From positions 1 through 64,000 of IMG/VR virus record IMGVR_UViG_3300037515_000591: a stretch of DNA of 64,000 bases; one strand, written 5' to 3'. The notes under the pieces are model-generated. The model saw only the letters and a program-made list of their open reading frames with translations. It was not told where the DNA came from and did not search any database. Source of the DNA: a virus. Shown here piece after piece: positions 59,317 through 64,000 of the stretch (its first letter is position 1; every line of letters starts with the position of its first letter). Position numbers and translations under genes: made by a program.

Positions 59317-59615
59317 AGGTCGGCTCCTTCCAGGCGGTCAAGCTCCAGGCGGATGTCGACGCGGGCCGCCGTCAGCTGCTCGGCGAGCGCTGCAGCGAAT
59401 GCGCGGACGTCCTGCACTGCCGTGTCGGGGTGGCCGGCTGCGGTGATGACGGAGGCGATGACGTCCTTCGCGCGGGACAGCTTCCCGGCCACCAGCTCCA
59501 GGGCGTAGGCGCACACGCGGGCGTCGTACTCGGCGGCTTCGAGGTGGGCTTCGGCGGACTCGGCGCGTGCGTTGGCGGCGTTGGCGCGGTCGATGATCTG
59601 GCGGCGAGACGTCAC
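59313..59615 (-). CDS. hypothetical helical protein
   Basis: GTG 59615 in GTGA overlap with exonuclease stop. Confidence 0.45.
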   Translation of the reverse strand: MTSRRQIIDRANAANARAESAEAHLEAAEYDARVCAYALELVAGKLSRAKDVIASVITAAGHPDTAVQDVRAFAAALAEQLTAARVDIRLELDRLEGADL

Positions 59616-60364
59616 GCTGCACCCCCGACCGGACGCAGCGGCCACGAACCATCCACGACCTCGTCCGGCTTCCCGGACCGCCGGAGGAACCCCTGATAGT
59701 TCGCGGCCCACCGCTCGTGCATGGTCACCTGCCAGCCGTGCAGCACCCGGGCCGGAACCTGAAGTTGCTCATGCCGCTCGGCGATCGCCAGGGCCACATC
59801 GAGCGAGGCCTTCGCGTCCGCGTCCGCCTGGTGCGCGCCGGTCAACGTGACGCCGTAGTGCGCAGCGAGGGATTCCAGGTTCCGGCGGCCCTTGCGGTAC
59901 TTGTCCGCAGCCCGGTCCAAGACAAGTGGATCGATGACTGGGCCGATCGGGTGGCCGATGCGCTCCGCCACCGTCGGCACGCCGTGCCGCACGCACTCCG
60001 CGTCCAGCAGCGGCAGGTCGAAGGGTGCGTTCATTACCACCAGCGCCGCGCCGACTGGATCGCCGAGCGCCGTGGCGAGGGTGGCCGCGATGTCCTCCAC
60101 GACCTCCTTCGCCGGGCGCCCGTGCGCACGGGCGTGCTCGGTGGTCACCTTGTGCACGGCGGTCGCGGCCTCGGGGATGTCGACGCCGTCCGCGTCGGAC
60201 AGCCATGTGATGCAGCGCCCGGACGGAGTGATGAGGGCGGCGGTGACGATGCGGTCGGTGGCGGTGTTCAGGCCATTGGTCTCGCAGTCGTAGCTCGCGA
60301 GTGGGCCGCGGTGCCAGGGGACTTCGACGTGCCCGGTGAGGTCGGGCTGCACGGCGGCAGTCAC
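59612..60364 (-). CDS. DnaQ-like DEDDh 3'-5' exonuclease
   Basis: YDCETNGL (Exo I), MNAPFDLPLL (Exo II), HQADADAKA (Exo III). Confidence 0.85.
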   Translation of the reverse strand: MTAAVQPDLTGHVEVPWHRGPLASYDCETNGLNTATDRIVTAALITPSGRCITWLSDADGVDIPEAATAVHKVTTEHARAHGRPAKEVVEDIAATLATALGDPVGAALVVMNAPFDLPLLDAECVRHGVPTVAERIGHPIGPVIDPLVLDRAADKYRKGRRNLESLAAHYGVTLTGAHQADADAKASLDVALAIAERHEQLQVPARVLHGWQVTMHERWAANYQGFLRRSGKPDEVVDGSWPLRPVGGAA

Positions 60365-60891
60365 TCGGCACCGCCAGCGGTGAGCTGGGGCAGCGCCACG
60401 GTGGCGAGACGGCCTTCACGCCAGGCGGTCATGACCTGGTCCCGGCCGTCCTTCTTGAAGCGGACAGCGTGCGTACGCGCGCGGGCCGGGGCGATTTCCA
60501 CCCCGGGTACCTCATGGATGACGCCGTTCTCCGGGTCGGGCCACTCCGTGCCGCCGGCCGCCGTCAGCTCGGCGAGGATCTTCTTCTCGAAGGCGGGCTG
60601 CACCGAGGTGACGAACTCGCGTTTGATCTCGCTGTCGTAGTTCTCCAGCACCCACGCCTTGAACTTCTCCGGGTCGGTGACCTTCGCTGCGCCCTCGCCA
60701 GCGGAGAGGCTGACGGTGGCGATGTCCGGCCCGTCAGGCAGGGTGACGGCCACTTGGCGGGTACCGGTCTCCTCCGCGGCAGTGTCGAGGAGCGACTGAG
60801 TTTCGGCGCGGGCCTCCTTGTACGCGTCGTTGACGACGTCGAGGAGGGTCTTCAGGTACGCCTCGCGGGCGGCGGCCTCTTTCAGGCTCAT
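60361..60891 (-). CDS. hypothetical protein of recombination module
   Basis: 176-aa track ORF between RecT and exonuclease. Confidence 0.55.
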   Translation of the reverse strand: MSLKEAAAREAYLKTLLDVVNDAYKEARAETQSLLDTAAEETGTRQVAVTLPDGPDIATVSLSAGEGAAKVTDPEKFKAWVLENYDSEIKREFVTSVQPAFEKKILAELTAAGGTEWPDPENGVIHEVPGVEIAPARARTHAVRFKKDGRDQVMTAWREGRLATVALPQLTAGGAE

Positions 60892-60914
60892 GTGCTGTGG
60901 TCTCCTTGCTGGGC

Positions 60915-60947
60915 GGGGCCGCCCCCGTTTCGGGCGGGGACGGCCCC
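60915..60947 (-). terminator. hairpin after recT
   Basis: 11-bp stem GGGGCCGCCCC/GGGG(A)CGGCCCC with one bulge, 15 nt beyond RecT stop. Confidence 0.35.
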
Positions 60948-60961
60948 GTGCTGGTCGTGGA

Positions 60962-62083
60962 TCAGGCGGCTGAGCCGGTCAAGATGGCGGTCATCTCGCG
61001 CATCTGCTGGGCGCCGGCCTGGGCGATGGGCAGGCCGTAGGAGCGCTCGAACTCGGCGTCCAGTTCGGTGAGTCCGGCCTTCGCGGCGGCGGCGCGGAGT
61101 TCCTGCTCGGCGGCCGCAGCGGCGTCCTCCGTGGTGATGGCGCCCTCGGCTGCGGCCGCGTCGGACATGGAGTACGGCGCCGGTCCGCCGGTCTCGACGA
61201 CCTCGCCCTCCACCACCTCGGCGTCGTCGCCCTGCGCCTGCTCGGCGGCGGCCTTCTGCTTGCCGACGTCGGCGATCTGCGCGAGGTACTCCGGGCGCGC
61301 GGCCTCGCCCTTGGCGTCCTGCCAGATCTGCCGCACCGTGGCCGCGTCCGGGGCGGCGTGCGCCTCGTGCAGGTAGTCCCGCCCTGCGGGAGTCAGCGAC
61401 TCCGGCGGCACATCCGCCGTGCCCGCCCGGACGGTCTCCGCGGGAGTCGCCCACTGGTCGGTCTGGCCCTGCTCGACACGGCGCAACTGCTGCACCTGCG
61501 CCTCGACCGGCTCACCGTCCTGATTGACGATGGCGCCCAGCTCTTCAGGCGTGTAGTGCAGGCCGAACAGCACGTCCTCACACGCGTCCCGCGCCACCTC
61601 AGTGATCGCACGCGCCTTCAACATCGCGGCCGGGTACTTCTCCCACGCGGTGGGCTTCCCATTGCGGTCACGCGCCCACGGCTTGCCGCTCTTCACCTGG
61701 CACAGTCCGGCCTGCTCAGCGCGCTCCAGCGTCCACGTGCACTCGTACGTGAAGTCCGGGTCGTCAGCGCGGACGATCTGCGCGGTGGCCGTCGTCATCC
61801 CGTCACTGCGAACGCGGAGCTTGTGGCCGGCCTGCCGCACGAGGCCACCGATCAGCCCGGACGATGCGGACGGTTTCCCCTCGATGACGTGGATGCCGGT
61901 GATGGCGGCGATCGGGGTGATGCCCAAGGTCCTGCCGTACTCGACGGCGTAGAGGACGTTGGCGGGCTTCCCGACGAACTGACGCGGCAGGAGGTCGGCG
62001 TCGGCGAGGAGTTGGGCGAAGCGGACGGCCCCGTCGAGGGTGGCCGGTGCTGAGCCCTGGTGCTTGACGATCTCGGTGGTCAC
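60962..62083 (-). CDS. recT: RecT-family single-strand annealing recombinase with long acidic C-terminal tail
   Basis: LLPRQFVGKPANVLYAVEYGRTLGITPIAAITGIHVIEGKPSASSGLIGGL; GTG 62083 in GTGA overlap; upstream part of the track ORF is junk. Confidence 0.85.
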   Translation of the reverse strand: MTTEIVKHQGSAPATLDGAVRFAQLLADADLLPRQFVGKPANVLYAVEYGRTLGITPIAAITGIHVIEGKPSASSGLIGGLVRQAGHKLRVRSDGMTTATAQIVRADDPDFTYECTWTLERAEQAGLCQVKSGKPWARDRNGKPTAWEKYPAAMLKARAITEVARDACEDVLFGLHYTPEELGAIVNQDGEPVEAQVQQLRRVEQGQTDQWATPAETVRAGTADVPPESLTPAGRDYLHEAHAAPDAATVRQIWQDAKGEAARPEYLAQIADVGKQKAAAEQAQGDDAEVVEGEVVETGGPAPYSMSDAAAAEGAITTEDAAAAAEQELRAAAAKAGLTELDAEFERSYGLPIAQAGAQQMREMTAILTGSAA

Positions 62084-62574
62084 GTGCGGTCCTTCCGGGT
62101 GGTGTGGGAGGCGCGGGTGTAGAACCTCACGCCGGCGGTGTCGTGTTGGGTGATGGCGCCGGAGTCGCGGAGGGTCGCGAGGTCGTGGCGTGCCGCACGG
62201 ACGTCGAGCCCGGTCAGGCCGTTGCGCTGGTACCAGGCGACGACGTCGCCGGACTTCCACCGGCCGCCGAGGTCCATTTCGTGGAGGAGTCGGGCGCGGC
62301 GGTTGGTGTCGGTGGGAGTGGCCGTCGGCGCCTGGGCGCTGGCCTCCTCCCCAGCCGTGGCACGCAGTCCGTCGGCGAGCTTCCGGCCGATGCAGGTGTC
62401 GCAGCCGCCGCAGTCGCAGGTGTCGTCGTTGCCGACGAACGCCGCGGCCTCGTGCAGGACCTCGGCGCGGTGGGCGTCGACGAGCTGCTCGGCGTGAGCC
62501 ACGTCGTGGAGGGTGGCGATTCCACCCAGGCTGTCTTCGGAGAGCGCGGCGATGATCTGACGACGGACGCTCAT
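62080..62574 (-). CDS. hypothetical protein (Cys cluster, C-terminal wHTH-like)
   Basis: ATG 62574 in ATGA overlap; CDCGGCDTC. Confidence 0.5.
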   Translation of the reverse strand: MSVRRQIIAALSEDSLGGIATLHDVAHAEQLVDAHRAEVLHEAAAFVGNDDTCDCGGCDTCIGRKLADGLRATAGEEASAQAPTATPTDTNRRARLLHEMDLGGRWKSGDVVAWYQRNGLTGLDVRAARHDLATLRDSGAITQHDTAGVRFYTRASHTTRKDRT

Positions 62575-63056
62575 GCCGTCCGCCGATCGGTCTGCTCCGG
62601 CAGCGGGTTCGCGGCGAGGTGCTTGCGGGTGGCCCGCATCGACGGATGCTTGATCTCCGACGCACACCGCGCACGCTCCGCATGCACCAGCGCATCCGTG
62701 GCCTTCTTCACCGCGGCCTCCTGCTCCTGCGCCGCCTCCGCCAACGGATGACCCAGCCGAGCCATCCGCCCAGCCACACGCATCGCCTGTGGCCCGCTCA
62801 GCGAGACCCGCGTCGACATGCGCTCCACCAGCAGCTCCGTCAGCCGCTCGAACCCGAGACGCTCCGGGGCATGCCCGTCGTGACTGGTCGGCTCCTGGTC
62901 GGCGACCTCACAGAAGTCGTCGTAAAACTCGCTGCTCAGCAGGTCGAGGAGTTCGGCGACATTCGCATGAACCAGCGGGGTGACGTCAGCGGTCACCATC
63001 AGCGGCGTCGCATCCACGTACATGGGGCCGCGCACGGGCCCATTGGTCTCGGTCAT
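62571..63056 (-). CDS. hypothetical protein
   Basis: 161-aa track ORF. Confidence 0.5.
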   Translation of the reverse strand: MTETNGPVRGPMYVDATPLMVTADVTPLVHANVAELLDLLSSEFYDDFCEVADQEPTSHDGHAPERLGFERLTELLVERMSTRVSLSGPQAMRVAGRMARLGHPLAEAAQEQEAAVKKATDALVHAERARCASEIKHPSMRATRKHLAANPLPEQTDRRTA

Positions 63057-63394
63057 CGAAGGGTTCCCTTCGGGGAGGTGGTGAGGAGGATGAGGAGGGC
63101 GGCGGCGTCACGGCACGCTTCGCGGGCGGTGAACAGCGCGTGCCAGACCCAGGCGGCGACCGGGGCCAGGTAGTGGCGGGCGGAGGCGTACGCGCGGTTC
63201 AGGTTGTTGCCCGCGCACACAGCGCCCTCATGCACGGCCCTGGCCGTACGGCGCACCAGCGGGCGCGGGTCGAGGTCGCAGTCCAGCAGCGGCTCGAACA
63301 GCAGCAGCCACAGCAGCCAGCCAGTGGCGGTGAGGCCGGTACCGAGCGACAAGAACGCCGCCCACTCGGTGAGGTCGTGGGTCTGACCCGTCAT
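63053..63394 (-). CDS. hypothetical membrane protein
   Basis: ATG 63394 in ATGA overlap; WAAFLSLGTGLTATGWLLWLLLF. Confidence 0.5.
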   Translation of the reverse strand: MTGQTHDLTEWAAFLSLGTGLTATGWLLWLLLFEPLLDCDLDPRPLVRRTARAVHEGAVCAGNNLNRAYASARHYLAPVAAWVWHALFTAREACRDAAALLILLTTSPKGTLR

Positions 63395-64000
63395 TCGTCG
63401 GCCTCCGCGTCGTACTCGGAGGCGACCGTCAGCGGCGTCACCACGTAGCCGGTGCCGCGGATCAGCCCGCCGGTTTCGGCCGGGGTGATGTGCAGCTCGT
63501 ACTCGGCCTGGTCGCCGATGTCGTCGGCGGACCAGCTCAAGTGCCGGATTGACCCTGCGGGCTCCTCCTGCCGGACCTTGGCCTCGCAGTGCTCCTGAGC
63601 GGCCTCGCGGGTGGTGTACAGGCCCATGACGATCGAGTCGTGCGACGCCCGGAACACCTGACGCGGCGCGGCCTCCAGCTCGGTGACCCGAGCGATCAGC
63701 CACTCCACCGCCGGAGTCAACGTCTCACCCAACGGGAACGGAACCTTGCGGTCCTCACCCGTCGGGGACAGCGACCCCCGCATGTTCAACGCGTCGTTCT
63801 GCAACGCAACCAGCCGCACCCGACGCCGCTCACGCTGAGCCTCCAGCTCGGCGACCCGAGCCCGCAACCCACGAACCTCCGCCAGCAGCGCAGCAAGGTG
63901 ACCGCTCACGACCACCGCCGACTTCTCCGGCATCATCGCCAGCAGGTCCAGCGTGCCAATCTCCCGCTCACGCTCCGACGTCAGCCCCAACGGCTCCGGC
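63391..64000 (-). CDS. hypothetical coiled-coil protein, 5' end probably outside window
   Basis: frame stays open to the window edge; the track start is only a TTG. Confidence 0.5.
   Translation of the reverse strand, partial: PEPLGLTSEREREIGTLDLLAMMPEKSAVVVSGHLAALLAEVRGLRARVAELEAQRERRRVRLVALQNDALNMRGSLSPTGEDRKVPFPLGETLTPAVEWLIARVTELEAAPRQVFRASHDSIVMGLYTTREAAQEHCEAKVRQEEPAGSIRHLSWSADDIGDQAEYELHITPAETGGLIRGTGYVVTPLTVASEYDAEADE

Overview
The whole 64-kb window reads as one high-GC (about 68-70% by eye) actinobacterial, Streptomyces-type siphovirus genome or prophage. I see no host housekeeping genes, rRNA, tRNA, CRISPR array, integrase or att site. Most genes are on the minus strand and are packed with ATGA/GTGA/TGATG stop-start overlaps. 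Reading the minus strand from right to left: (i) 64000-44008 holds early/DNA-metabolism genes: RecT, a DnaQ-like exonuclease, a PAPS-reductase-family protein, RusA, a WhiB-like fusion, two DGxHR ParB-like proteins, small HTH proteins, a replication-initiator-like gene containing six 17-bp palindromic iterons, and many micro-ORFs. (ii) 42893-37133 is a hairpin-bounded, membrane-protein-rich module (DUF2637-like/HTH protein, T5orf172-FtsK-gamma fusion). (iii) 34704-33565 holds three small genes. (iv) 33420-98 is the late operon: TerS, TerL, portal-MuF fusion, ClpP-type protease-scaffold, HK97-fold capsid, five extra head-proximal genes, adaptor/neck genes, two tail-tube candidates, G/G-T chaperones with a CCCTTTG slippery site, tape measure, a 1297-aa tail-tip protein, an amidase endolysin and holin-like genes. 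Plus-strand units interrupt this backbone: a 6.5-kb island of about 18 small genes that splits portal from protease (21.9-28.3 kb), an antisense HNH gene between TerL and portal, a 6-gene island (34.8-37.0 kb), a 2-gene unit (43.0-43.8 kb) and a single HTH gene (53.1 kb). There are three HNH endonucleases, and one appears to have split a small gene. All function calls rest on motif recognition and synteny; no database search was possible. Many starts were re-assigned from the ORF track using overlap/Shine-Dalgarno logic. Many long Arg/Pro/Gly-rich track ORFs are opposite-strand or out-of-frame shadows typical of high-GC DNA and were not annotated.
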